A stretch of 64,000 nucleotides of DNA, taken from positions 9,079 through 73,078 of the forward strand of contig CALGOA010000063.1 in assembly GCA_937958015.1 (NCBI GenBank). Reading direction: 5' to 3'. The notes below the pieces were generated by a model. The model was not told the origin of the DNA and ran no database searches. It saw only the letters and a program-made list of their open reading frames with translations. Source of the DNA: an uncultured Acidimicrobiales bacterium. GTDB taxonomy: Bacteria > Actinomycetota > Acidimicrobiia > Acidimicrobiales > SZUA-35. A program made the position numbers and the translations under genes. Positions 42,308-50,986 of this stretch are shown in pieces (the first letter of the stretch is position 1; each line of letters begins with the position of its first letter).

Positions 42308-43153
42308 CTATACAAAGGCACCCGCCACCGATAGCGCTTTCGGAAGCGATTCGATGGTGACCGGGCCCCGCTGGGGAAGGGGTTCGCCGTCGGCCCACCA
42401 GGATGCATCGATCTCCACCGTGACACGTTCGATCCGTTGGTGATGAACCTTGCGGCTTCGAATGTGCTGGCCGATGAACGCGGTGGGAAGCACGAGCGCG
42501 AGATGGGCCGGGTTCACCGCGTCCACGACGACCAATTGCATCCGACCATCGGTGGGCCGTGCTGTCGGGCAGATCGCCATCCCACCGCCAAAGAACCGGG
42601 TGTTTCCGAACGCCAGAATCGAAAACCGATCGCCCGTTTCGAGTCCGGTGACCCGATGGGTTTCCAATCGGGGCAGACACCTTAGGGTTGCCAATGTGTA
42701 TTTGAGCTGGCCTCCGGCCCACGTGATTCGGTTTGCGGTATCGGTGACCACACCGGAAAATCCAGCGGTCAGCACGCTCACCGCGATCGAACGGTTGTTG
42801 TGGGAGTCGGTGATAGCGATGAGGTCCATCGGTGTGGTTGGTCCCAGCGCCAGCGCGGCGGCCTTGGCGACGGAACCGGGGATGCCAAGGGCCCGGGCGA
42901 TGTCGTTTCCGGTCCCGGCCGGCACGATTCCAACCTCGATCGAACGACCGTGGAGCGACTGCACGGCGTGATGGATCATGCCGTCTCCACCGGAGATGAT
43001 CAGTCGTTCGATGGGCTGGTGATCCAGTAGTTCAGCGATGTGGGAGGCGTCGTCCGATGCCAATGGCTGCACCGTGGCCCCGGCGGTCTCCAATGCATCG
43101 ATCGTGCGGTCGAGCTTCGGCTGGTTTCGTTTGTGGAGCAGGTGAACGTGCAA
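42308..43153 (-). CDS. diacylglycerol kinase catalytic-domain lipid kinase (YegS/DagK family)
   Basis: GGDGMIHHAV and PAGTGNDIAR motifs. Confidence 0.85.
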   Translation of the reverse strand: MHVHLLHKRNQPKLDRTIDALETAGATVQPLASDDASHIAELLDHQPIERLIISGGDGMIHHAVQSLHGRSIEVGIVPAGTGNDIARALGIPGSVAKAAALALGPTTPMDLIAITDSHNNRSIAVSVLTAGFSGVVTDTANRITWAGGQLKYTLATLRCLPRLETHRVTGLETGDRFSILAFGNTRFFGGGMAICPTARPTDGRMQLVVVDAVNPAHLALVLPTAFIGQHIRSRKVHHQRIERVTVEIDASWWADGEPLPQRGPVTIESLPKALSVAGAFV

Positions 43154-43162
43154 GCGGCGCTC

Positions 43163-43570
43163 TCAATCTCGGTCGGGTCGATACTTACGGTTCGCCTTGC
43201 GTTGGGACTGTTCACGTTTGGCCCGCAGGCGCCGCTCCTTGGCCCCTCGGCTGGGTTTGGTGGCCGCCCTCTTACGCTTCGGCCGCAGCGCCTGCTCGGC
43301 TCGCTCGGCCAGTCGGGTCAGTGCGATATCGCGGTTGCGCGCCTGGGACCGGCTGTCGTCGGCCACGATTCGCATCCTCGGTCCGAATTCGGCGGTGAGC
43401 GCATTTCGTTGTCCCTCGGTCAGGACCGTGCTCTCGCCGATTTCGAAAACCAACTCGGCGCGGGTGTTGGCGGTATTCGCATGTTGACCGCCGGGGCCTC
43501 CGGAGGGCCCGAAGCGCCACTGCAATTCGGCGTCGGGGATCGTGAGCTGGTCGTTGATGCGAACACCCAT
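43163..43570 (-). CDS. arfB: alternative ribosome-rescue factor ArfB (peptidyl-tRNA hydrolase, YaeJ-type)
   Basis: 135 aa. GGQ motif in SGGPGGQHANT, with the basic C-terminal tail typical of ArfB. Confidence 0.9.
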   Translation of the reverse strand: MGVRINDQLTIPDAELQWRFGPSGGPGGQHANTANTRAELVFEIGESTVLTEGQRNALTAEFGPRMRIVADDSRSQARNRDIALTRLAERAEQALRPKRKRAATKPSRGAKERRLRAKREQSQRKANRKYRPDRD

Positions 43571-43582
43571 CTCAGACTCGGG

Positions 43583-43981
43583 TCATTCTGTTGCCAGCTG
43601 CACGATGCGGGGATCGAGTCGGTGGTAGTCGCCGGCTTCGGATGCGAAATAGATGATTTCGGTGGACAGTCCCGTCGGCTGGTCCAGCGTCCCGGCACAT
43701 ATCGACCATGTTGAGCTCTCCTCAGAATCGCGCCAGAACAGGCTCGATCCGCACGTTGAACAGAAGCCGTAACCCACGTTCGGATCATCGGCGGGGTGAA
43801 ACCACGACAGGGTGTCGGCGGACCCGATCACGATCCGTTCCCGTTCGGCCCGGGTGGCTGCCATGTGATGGCCGGTGATTCGACGGCAGCGTTCACAGTG
43901 GCAATCGATCACCGCCCGCAGATCGCCATGCACCACGTAGTCGACCGATCCGCAGAGACATCGGCCGTGATGATGGCTCAC
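43583..43981 (-). CDS. GFA (glutathione-dependent formaldehyde-activating/CENP-V-like) family protein
   Basis: GTG at 43981 overlaps the rhomboid stop (GTGA). Cys pattern CLCGSV...CHCERCR...CSTCGS. Confidence 0.8.
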   Translation of the reverse strand: MSHHHGRCLCGSVDYVVHGDLRAVIDCHCERCRRITGHHMAATRAERERIVIGSADTLSWFHPADDPNVGYGFCSTCGSSLFWRDSEESSTWSICAGTLDQPTGLSTEIIYFASEAGDYHRLDPRIVQLATE

Positions 43982-44661
43982 TGGGTGTTGAGCCAGGGTT
44001 GGTCGTCGCCGAAGTACTTCTCGATGTCGGCGTCGGGATCGGGGCGGGATTGGCGATCGCCGGCCAGCAGTTTGGAAGCGGCGATACCGCTGACAAATCC
44101 GGCGAGGTGACCCTCCCACGAGATGCCGTCCTGGGGGACCAGCCCAACGATCACGGTGGTGGTGTACATCACGACCGCCACCAGAGCGGGTGCGAAGGCG
44201 GCGGGGCGCCGTTCGAAGAATGCGGCGCCGAACAGAGCGCCGAAGTAGGCGAAGACGACACCGCTGGCACCGATGTGGTTGTTCCCCTCGGCGAAAAGCC
44301 AGGTGAGGAACCCGCCCAGTAGAACGGCGATGATCGTGACGAAGACCCAGCGGCGGAACCCCCGGATCATCACCAGTCCCGAAAGGATGAGGAACGGGAA
44401 GGTGTTCGAAATCAGATGCCCAAAGTCGCTATGGAGAAAGGGGGCCCACAGGATTCCGTCGAACCCTTCGCGACGGCGCGGCAGGATTCCGTTGCGCTGC
44501 AGGCTGTCGTCGAGCAGGTAGGTGTCGAGAATTTCGATGAACCACCACGACCCCACGATGGCGGCCAGGGTGATCACCGCCGTGACGATCGGTGCCGACC
44601 AGCGCGGCGTTGGCGTGGGGGTGGTGGCGGTCATGGTCCCTTCAGGATACGACAGGAGCAC
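43978..44661 (-). CDS. rhomboid-family intramembrane serine protease
   Basis: Six TM segments. HSDFGHLISN, catalytic GASGVVFAYFG (GxSG), and His in HLAGFVSG. Confidence 0.85.
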   Translation of the reverse strand: MLLSYPEGTMTATTPTPTPRWSAPIVTAVITLAAIVGSWWFIEILDTYLLDDSLQRNGILPRRREGFDGILWAPFLHSDFGHLISNTFPFLILSGLVMIRGFRRWVFVTIIAVLLGGFLTWLFAEGNNHIGASGVVFAYFGALFGAAFFERRPAAFAPALVAVVMYTTTVIVGLVPQDGISWEGHLAGFVSGIAASKLLAGDRQSRPDPDADIEKYFGDDQPWLNTQ

Positions 44662-44710
44662 GATGCCCTACCACCACCCCATTCACCGGTGGAGGTGTCC
44701 GGCTAGCCCA

Positions 44711-45883
44711 TTAGTTGCCGGTGAGGACGATCTCCCGTTCGTTCTCGTACGCCTGGGTGGCTTCGTCGACGGCCTGTAGCTGTTTCTCGGCAAGCTCGGG
44801 GCGGCTGGCCCGAGCCCGATCGGCGGCGGCCACCAGTCCGGATCCTCCACTCTGGAAGTGCGGCATCACGTGGCGGGCGAACAGCTCCCAACTCTTCTTG
44901 GTTGCCTGCGGGTTGGCCCAGTTGTGAGCCAGTTGCAGGTAGGCGCCGAATCCGCCATTGCTCTGTTCGAGCAGTTCCTCGATTTGGGCGATGGCCTGCT
45001 CGGGTGTTCCGACGACACCGAGGCCACCGTTTACGAAGTTCACCATCTCGTCGATATCGCCACCCTCGACCGCCATCTGGGGGAAGGCTGCCACGTTCTG
45101 GAAGTAGCGGAACCACTGCGTTATTCCGTACTCGACGTCCTGGCGGGCCTCCTCCTCGGTCTCGGCCAGATGCATCAGACCTACCAGGCGCCACTTGTCG
45201 CGATCGGCGACCTGCCCGTTGGCGGCGGCCACCTCTTCCTGAATGGTCCAGTGATGGGCCAGCACGTCCATGCCAACGGCGACGGTTGCGCCGAGTGACA
45301 GAACACCGGCACCGTACTTGCCGGCCAGTTTGGCGCCGGACGGTGATGCGACCGCGGCCACGGCGATGTCGAAGAGTGGCTCGGAGTACGGGCGCAGATG
45401 CAGGCGGGCGTCCTTGAGCGTCAGCCGGTCGGACTGGTAGTTGACCGGTTCATCGGTCGTGAGCAACTGCATCACGATCTCCATGTATTCATGAAGCAAC
45501 GGGCGCATTTGGGGTGGTTCGAGACCCAACATGGCGGCGTCGGTTGGCAGCGCGCCCGGCCCCACGCCCAGCATGATGCGGCCCCGGGTGAGGTGATCGA
45601 GCAACACCATTCGTTCGGCCACCCACAGTGGATTGTGATAGGGCAACGACACCACGCCGGTACCGAGCTTGATCCGCTTGGTCCGGGCCGCAGCCGCGGC
45701 GATGAAGATCTCGGGCGAGGCGATGATCTCGCTGCCCGCCGAGTGATGTTCGCCGACCCAGACTTCGTCGAAGCCGAGGTCGTCCATGTGTTCGATCAGG
45801 TCGAGGTCCTGTTCCAACGAGATGGTGGGGTTGTGTTCGGGCGCGTGGAAAGGCGCCATGAATGTTCCGAATCGCATACGCAT
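44711..45883 (-). CDS. LLM-class flavin-dependent monooxygenase (LimB-like)
   Basis: Start moved to ATG at 45883, preceded by AAGGAG 7 nt upstream (MRMRFGTFMAPFH). DEVWVGEHH and LGTGVVSLPYHNP are typical luciferase-like motifs. Confidence 0.85.
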   Translation of the reverse strand: MRMRFGTFMAPFHAPEHNPTISLEQDLDLIEHMDDLGFDEVWVGEHHSAGSEIIASPEIFIAAAAARTKRIKLGTGVVSLPYHNPLWVAERMVLLDHLTRGRIMLGVGPGALPTDAAMLGLEPPQMRPLLHEYMEIVMQLLTTDEPVNYQSDRLTLKDARLHLRPYSEPLFDIAVAAVASPSGAKLAGKYGAGVLSLGATVAVGMDVLAHHWTIQEEVAAANGQVADRDKWRLVGLMHLAETEEEARQDVEYGITQWFRYFQNVAAFPQMAVEGGDIDEMVNFVNGGLGVVGTPEQAIAQIEELLEQSNGGFGAYLQLAHNWANPQATKKSWELFARHVMPHFQSGGSGLVAAADRARASRPELAEKQLQAVDEATQAYENEREIVLTGN

Positions 45884-45976
45884 GCGGGTTCTCCTTGTGT
45901 TTGCCGGTTCCCTTGACCTCAACCTAGTGACTGGGGTCACATATGTCGAAATCGTGACGAAGGGTGGCCCGAACGG

Positions 45977-46546
45977 GTGACTTCGCCCAACGAGACGGGT
46001 CTGGCGGGGGGACCGGGTCTTGCGCCATTCTGGATCCGGAGAACGTCGGATGATTTCGACGCAGTGGAGAGACATCACAAGTTGAGTGAATTCAAGCGCA
46101 CAGAGATCTTTACGGTGTTCCTTATCGGCGCCGTCGCCGTCGCGCTCTTGGTCGTGGGGTTCAACCGCGACCGCAGCAGCCTGATCGAAGCGGAACCGGC
46201 CGGTACCAGTACCTCGGCGCCGGTGACTCCGATTTCAGCTCCGGCAAACACCACCGAAGCGACCACCACCGTGGCTACAACGACGACCGAAACCTCTACA
46301 ACTACGACGCTCCCCACCACGACCAACACCTCCACAACTACGACGCTGCCGACCACGACCACGGTCGCCACCACAACCACTGAGGCGACGACCACCACTG
46401 CGGCCCCAGCCACGACGGCGGCGCCGCGGCGTACGACCCGTCCGCCGACGACCCGTCGGCCCACGACGACTCGTCCGCCCACCACTCCGGCACCTACCCA
46501 GCCGCCTCGTACCTTCGCTCCGCCGACGTGGACGGTTGCGCCCTAG
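45977..46546 (+). CDS. membrane-anchored Thr/Pro-rich low-complexity protein
   Basis: One TM helix (IFTVFLIGAVAVALLVVGF), then about 110 aa of T/P-rich sequence including a 36-nt direct duplication at 46292-46360. The start is uncertain: GTG at 45977 or TTG at 46082. Confidence 0.45.
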   Translation: MTSPNETGLAGGPGLAPFWIRRTSDDFDAVERHHKLSEFKRTEIFTVFLIGAVAVALLVVGFNRDRSSLIEAEPAGTSTSAPVTPISAPANTTEATTTVATTTTETSTTTTLPTTTNTSTTTTLPTTTTVATTTTEATTTTAAPATTAAPRRTTRPPTTRRPTTTRPPTTPAPTQPPRTFAPPTWTVAP

Positions 46547-46564
46547 CGGGTCTTGCTCCGTGGC

Positions 46565-47323
46565 TTAGCCAAGGTCACGGTCGGCGGTGCAGTTGACGTT
46601 GCCGTCGCCGACGGTCATCTCGACACCGTCTCCCATGTAGATCGGGTTCGGGTCTTCAAAGATCGGCTCGCCGTCGATTCGTACGCTGAGCTGGGCCGGA
46701 TCCGCTCCCTGATCGATGAACTGCTGGCGGTAGGCATCGGTGATCAGTCCGCGGGTAACCGTGTATGCGGTTCTCATGCAGCTGCTCGACCCGATCACGT
46801 TTTGGCTGTAGGCATACGCGGTCGGGGTGAGGCCGAGGTCGTCGCTGACCCACGGGAACACATCGGTGGCCTTGCCGAGGAGGCCTTTGGAGACGGTGAC
46901 CGAATCGGCGGTCTCCACCGCGTTGACGCGAGGTCGAACGAACTTGATCGATTCTGCGGGGATCACGATTTCGGTGGTCCCGTCGGCTCGTCGGAGAACT
47001 TTGGCCGCCCCACCGTCGACGCAGGTATCCACATCGCCAATTGCCACCATGTCGATCGTGTCGGTCCGGTAGACCTGATCGAATAGTGAGTGCTCACGTC
47101 GTCCCGAAACCGGGACCTCAGCGTGTACCCGGGCTCGGCAGTCGAGCATGATCGGCTCGACGTTCACGATGCGCGCCTCGGTGGGGAGCTCCAGCTCTAC
47201 CTGAACCTCGGCGAATTCTGGGACGATGTCCCACGGCCAGGTGAACGACAACGATCCGGTGGCCGCCACGAAGGCCACCACCGCAACGATTCCGAGGACG
47301 ATTCCAGCGCCGAGACGCTTCAT
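46565..47323 (-). CDS. membrane-anchored hypothetical protein
   Basis: 252 aa with an N-terminal signal-anchor (MKRLGAGIVLGIVAVVAFVAATG). No catalytic motif recognised. Confidence 0.6.
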   Translation of the reverse strand: MKRLGAGIVLGIVAVVAFVAATGSLSFTWPWDIVPEFAEVQVELELPTEARIVNVEPIMLDCRARVHAEVPVSGRREHSLFDQVYRTDTIDMVAIGDVDTCVDGGAAKVLRRADGTTEIVIPAESIKFVRPRVNAVETADSVTVSKGLLGKATDVFPWVSDDLGLTPTAYAYSQNVIGSSSCMRTAYTVTRGLITDAYRQQFIDQGADPAQLSVRIDGEPIFEDPNPIYMGDGVEMTVGDGNVNCTADRDLG

Positions 47324-47504
47324 TTATGCACACTTCCTGAGCTGTTGGTCGAGATGTCACCCACAGTACAGACGTCCATGGGCCCCAAAAGTCGCGGCCT
47401 ACTTGTCGACGCAGCGAGACGAAGATGAGAGTAGGGGAGGTCTCTCCTGCGTGTGTCCCCCTTTCGGGGTACTCTTTACCTAGTTCAAACTTGAAGGGGA
47501 TGCG

Positions 47505-47873
47505 ATGAACATCGTGGCATGGATTACGGGACTGGTGCTGATCGCTGGTTTTGGCAGCTCAGGAGCGTTCAAGATCATGGACAATCCGCAGATGCAGGAA
47601 GTTCGTGAACACTTCGGCATCGCCAAGCAGCAATTTCAGGGCCTCGGTGCCCTCGAGGTGCTGGGTGCTCTCGGTGTGTTGATCGGCCTGCTGGTCAACA
47701 ACGGCAATGCCCTTGAAGCGCTCGGTCCGCTCGCCGGAGCCGGCCTGGCGGCGGTTGGTTTCGGCGCCTTTGTCAAACACCAACAGAAGAAGGACGACAT
47801 CCAGATGGCGGCCCCCGCCCTGGTGCTTGGGATCGTTGCGGTGGTGTACATCATCGCGATCTTCGCCCGCTGA
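47505..47873 (+). CDS. DoxX-like small membrane protein
   Basis: 122 aa with four TM helices. GAFKI...LGALEVLGALGVLIGLL resembles the DoxX family. Confidence 0.65.
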   Translation: MNIVAWITGLVLIAGFGSSGAFKIMDNPQMQEVREHFGIAKQQFQGLGALEVLGALGVLIGLLVNNGNALEALGPLAGAGLAAVGFGAFVKHQQKKDDIQMAAPALVLGIVAVVYIIAIFAR

Positions 47874-47954
47874 CCGGTTCGGTCGAGCGGCCGCTCAGTG
47901 TGCGTAACCCGACCGCGGCCGGGTGTGGGTGTCCTATCCTGAGGGGCTTCTCAT

Positions 47955-48755
47955 ATGGGTACCGACACCGAACTCTCTATCGATGATCAGCGCGCCGCGC
48001 TGCTCGACGCGCTCTTGGAGCCCGACTGCACCGACTCTCTGTGGGAGTTCTGCGATTCGGGTCTGGCAGCTGTTGTCGTACCCGAACTTCCGGCCCTGCA
48101 ACTGGAGCAGGACCCGATCCACAAACACAAAGACGTGCTGGCCCACACCATCGCGGTGACCAGCAAGACCGCCCCCGAGGCCACGGTAAGACTGGCGGCG
48201 CTCTTCCACGACATCGGCAAACCGGCCACCCGCTCTTTCGAGCATGGCGGGGTGACGTTCCGGCACCATGAGGCCGTCGGGGCCAAGATGACCAAGAAAC
48301 GTCTCCGCGCCCTCGGGTTCGAGTCATCGACGGTGCGGGATGTGGCCGAACTCGTCCGACTCTCGGGCCGGTTCAAGGGGTACGCCGATGGGTGGAGCGA
48401 CTCGGCGGTGCGACGATACGCCCGAGACGCCGGACATCTGCTAGGCCACCTGAATCAGTTGGTGCGGTGTGACTGCACCACCCGCAATCGGGCCAAGGAA
48501 GCGCGGCTGATGGCCCATATCGACGAACTGGAGGAACGGATCCTCGAGCTCGCCAAGGCGGATGCCAAGGCTCGTGAACGGCCCCAGATGGACGGCAACG
48601 CCGTCATGGAGTACCTCGGCCTGTCCGGCGGACCGATGGTCGGCAAGGCCCTCGGCTTCCTGCTGGAACTCAAACGGTCCGAGGGTGAGCTTCCGCAACG
48701 GGAGATCGAACACCGCCTCGATGCGTGGTGGAGCAAGAACAAGCCCGGTGACTGA
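47955..48755 (+). CDS. stand-alone HD-domain protein resembling the C-terminal half of actinobacterial CCA-adding enzyme/poly(A) polymerase
   Basis: HKHKDVLAHT...LFHDIGKP...FRHHEAVGA (HD motifs), then a tRNA-NT C-terminal-like region (DGNAVMEYLGLSGGPMVGKAL). No nucleotidyltransferase head domain is encoded upstream. Confidence 0.8.
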   Translation: MGTDTELSIDDQRAALLDALLEPDCTDSLWEFCDSGLAAVVVPELPALQLEQDPIHKHKDVLAHTIAVTSKTAPEATVRLAALFHDIGKPATRSFEHGGVTFRHHEAVGAKMTKKRLRALGFESSTVRDVAELVRLSGRFKGYADGWSDSAVRRYARDAGHLLGHLNQLVRCDCTTRNRAKEARLMAHIDELEERILELAKADAKARERPQMDGNAVMEYLGLSGGPMVGKALGFLLELKRSEGELPQREIEHRLDAWWSKNKPGD

Positions 48756-49035
48756 CGGCCGCTTCGAGACCGAGGTGTTGCGGGTTCTCGCCGACACCGA
48801 ACCCGGCGATGTCCTCACCTACGGCGAAGTCGCCGCTGAAGCTGGATTCCCCGGTGCGGCACGAGCGGTCGGCAACCTTCTGCGAACCAGCGAGGGATTG
48901 GTGTGGTGGCGGGTTGTTGCAGCATCGGGCCGCCTCAATCCAAGCGACCCCGCGGGTCACGCTGAACTGCTTCGCTCAGAGGGGCACCGAGTCGAGCCCA
49001 ATCGCAGCGGTGAACTGCGCATCGTGCGTCGCTGA
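48748..49035 (+). CDS. MGMT DNA-binding-domain protein lacking the acceptor Cys (alkyltransferase-like, ATL/YbaZ-type)
   Basis: GTG at 48748 overlaps the HD gene by 8 nt. The sequence reads TYGEVAAEAGFPGAARAVGNLL...VWWRVV, where MGMTs have PCHRV. Confidence 0.7.
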   Translation: MTDGRFETEVLRVLADTEPGDVLTYGEVAAEAGFPGAARAVGNLLRTSEGLVWWRVVAASGRLNPSDPAGHAELLRSEGHRVEPNRSGELRIVRR

Positions 49036-49058
49036 GATTCCGGGATTTCGTTCGGCGG

Positions 49059-50012
49059 TTAGTAGCCGAAGATCTTGCGCGCCGGTCCGGTGATGGCGCT
49101 CACCACCCGGCGCTGCTGCGCGGGCAGTTTCGTGGTCCAGGCGTCATCGAGTCGCAGGGTGACATCAGCGCTTCCGAAGCGCATCGGATTCCCAGCGGCC
49201 GAGTGCATCGGGGTAGCCAGGACACCCGTGGACCCATCGAAGACCCCCTCGGGAAAGTCGGGTGGTTCGATTCCGGCGAAGGTGGCGATGGTTCGCAACG
49301 ATCCGAGCGAGTCGTTGAGGAAGTCCTCATATCTCAGGCGCAGCGTCGGAACCCCCAGCCGTTCGAGCTGAGCAAAGCCGGTGTTGTCGCTGACCCACCG
49401 GCCCGCCGTTCGGGCTGGGCTGTAACGCGGCATCTCGGCCATGTCGCCGCCCGATGCTTCGGGTCGAGCGATCTCTTTGGTCCAGGAGTAGGCGACCCCT
49501 CGCGGATCGCGCAACACATGGAGGACGCGAACGTCGAGTCGCTCATCGAGTGAATACAGCGCTGCAGAGCTGAGGTGTTTGGACGAGTCGAGGATGATTT
49601 CCGCCCCGGTTCGCTCTCGGGCCAACTCTCCAGCGGCTACCAGGACCGACCCGATCAGATCCAAATAGTCACGGTGTTCCGAGGGCAGCGTTTTGCCTCG
49701 CAGCGCCCGGACGATCTGTGGCATCTGGCGCGTCCGGTCGGTGTGCCAGCGCATGTCGATGACCCGCTCGGAGTCGATCTCGGACCATGAGCCGAACGCC
49801 CGACGGCCAACCTCGGACCAGAACACGCATTCGCTAAACGAGTCGCCGCAGCCACACAGTTCGTCATCGCGAACGCCACGTTCCCAGATGTGAACGCTCT
49901 CGCCGATCGCGAAGGTGGATGGGTATTCGTTGAGAAGCCGTTCGATCAGCGTGCTGCCCGAACGGCCGAGACCGCCGATGAACAACACCCGTTGGCGTTC
50001 GGTCATGACCAT
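49059..50012 (-). CDS. sulfotransferase family protein
   Basis: 5'-PSB-type loop FIGGLGRSGSTLIERLL. The size and layout fit PAPS-dependent sulfotransferases. Confidence 0.8.
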   Translation of the reverse strand: MVMTERQRVLFIGGLGRSGSTLIERLLNEYPSTFAIGESVHIWERGVRDDELCGCGDSFSECVFWSEVGRRAFGSWSEIDSERVIDMRWHTDRTRQMPQIVRALRGKTLPSEHRDYLDLIGSVLVAAGELARERTGAEIILDSSKHLSSAALYSLDERLDVRVLHVLRDPRGVAYSWTKEIARPEASGGDMAEMPRYSPARTAGRWVSDNTGFAQLERLGVPTLRLRYEDFLNDSLGSLRTIATFAGIEPPDFPEGVFDGSTGVLATPMHSAAGNPMRFGSADVTLRLDDAWTTKLPAQQRRVVSAITGPARKIFGY

Positions 50013-50986
50013 CCCATTTCGCGGTTCAGTAGTTTCTCGGTGGCGTCGATGCTGGGCTGGAGAAGTTGGCGCAACGATGACTCCTGTTCGGGCGGTAACG
50101 AGGATGTCGCCTTCATGTTCCAGGCACCGAACTCGGCCGGTTCGAACGGTTTCAGGCCCAGGAAGTCGAGCACCTGGCCATAAACATCTGCAGGGTTCTG
50201 GTACATGTCTTCACTTCGGAGGATGAGAAGCTGCGACGCCGGCCACTGTTCGATCCAGCGGCCGAGGCCTCGCTCGTAACGGCCCTGGTCGACGTAACCG
50301 AAGTGTTGATGGGCGAAGCTCGTGTAGTCCGGGTCGGCGATCATCCTTTCCTCTTCGCCGTCCAGCCGTTCGGATTCGGCGGCAAGAGCCTGGTCGAAGG
50401 GCAACCATTCAACGCCGTTGCGGGTTCGTTCCCCCCAGTGGCCAAAGGCGCGCTGCACCGGATCCCGCAGCAGAGCGATGATCTTCGCGTCGGGTGCGTA
50501 GGAGCGAGCCCGGCTGGGGGCGTGAGGATGGTGGAGGTAATACGGCACCGCCTCGCCGATTACCTGTTTGGACCCGGACCGTCGGCTCTGCAGGGCGACC
50601 GCTACCCGGGTGGGGAAGTGGGAGCGATACCACGACGATCCCCGGTTGTAGTTGACGTCGAAGTAGTAGGTGCCTTTGCGGGTTTCGCGAGCGGGGAACA
50701 GCGACCCGACGTCGGGATGTTGCAGGACCCAACGGGCGAGCGAGGTGCTGCCGCCCCGTTTGGTTCCGATGATCAGATAGTCCGGCGTCATTCGCAGATG
50801 CGCCGTGAGTGCGCCGTATCGACGGAGCGCCGCCAGGCTCGCTCCCTTCAGCTGGTCGGCGAGGCCATCGCGTTCGCGGACGGGGCCGCCGTACGGGCTG
50901 ATCGCCGGCAGAGGTTGGGGCGGTTGTGGCCCCTGGAATCGAGGGCTCTCTGAGTGGACGGCGTCATTCCCCGCTGCGGGACTCAT
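50003..50986 (-). CDS. sulfotransferase-domain protein (Sulfotransfer_1/3-like)
   Basis: IIGTKRGGSTSLARWV (PSB loop), and LLRDPVQRAFGHW (3'-PB region). 10-nt overlap with the downstream sulfotransferase gene. Confidence 0.8.
   Translation of the reverse strand: MSPAAGNDAVHSESPRFQGPQPPQPLPAISPYGGPVRERDGLADQLKGASLAALRRYGALTAHLRMTPDYLIIGTKRGGSTSLARWVLQHPDVGSLFPARETRKGTYYFDVNYNRGSSWYRSHFPTRVAVALQSRRSGSKQVIGEAVPYYLHHPHAPSRARSYAPDAKIIALLRDPVQRAFGHWGERTRNGVEWLPFDQALAAESERLDGEEERMIADPDYTSFAHQHFGYVDQGRYERGLGRWIEQWPASQLLILRSEDMYQNPADVYGQVLDFLGLKPFEPAEFGAWNMKATSSLPPEQESSLRQLLQPSIDATEKLLNREMGWS

Noticed and set aside
42294-42722. A 143-codon N-terminal extension of the Nei/Fpg ORF (track 41367..42722).
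   Set aside because: Fpg/Nei enzymes require the processed N-terminus Met-Pro-Glu-Gly, because Pro is the catalytic nucleophile. That sequence is present at the internal ATG 42293. The extension also overlaps the DagK-family gene.
45884-46078. A 65-codon N-terminal extension of the LLM monooxygenase ORF (track 44711..46078).
   Set aside because: The internal ATG at 45883 has a perfect AAGGAG Shine-Dalgarno 7 nt upstream and yields the canonical LLM N-terminus (MR.FGTF). The extension has no similarity to the family.
47400-47504. A structured-looking leader upstream of the DoxX-like gene (GAGTA-GGGGA...TCCCC-CTTTCGGGG-TACTC), considered as a possible riboswitch or sRNA.
   Set aside because: The helices are short and mutually exclusive, and it bears no resemblance to any riboswitch core I know. 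It cannot be supported without covariation data.
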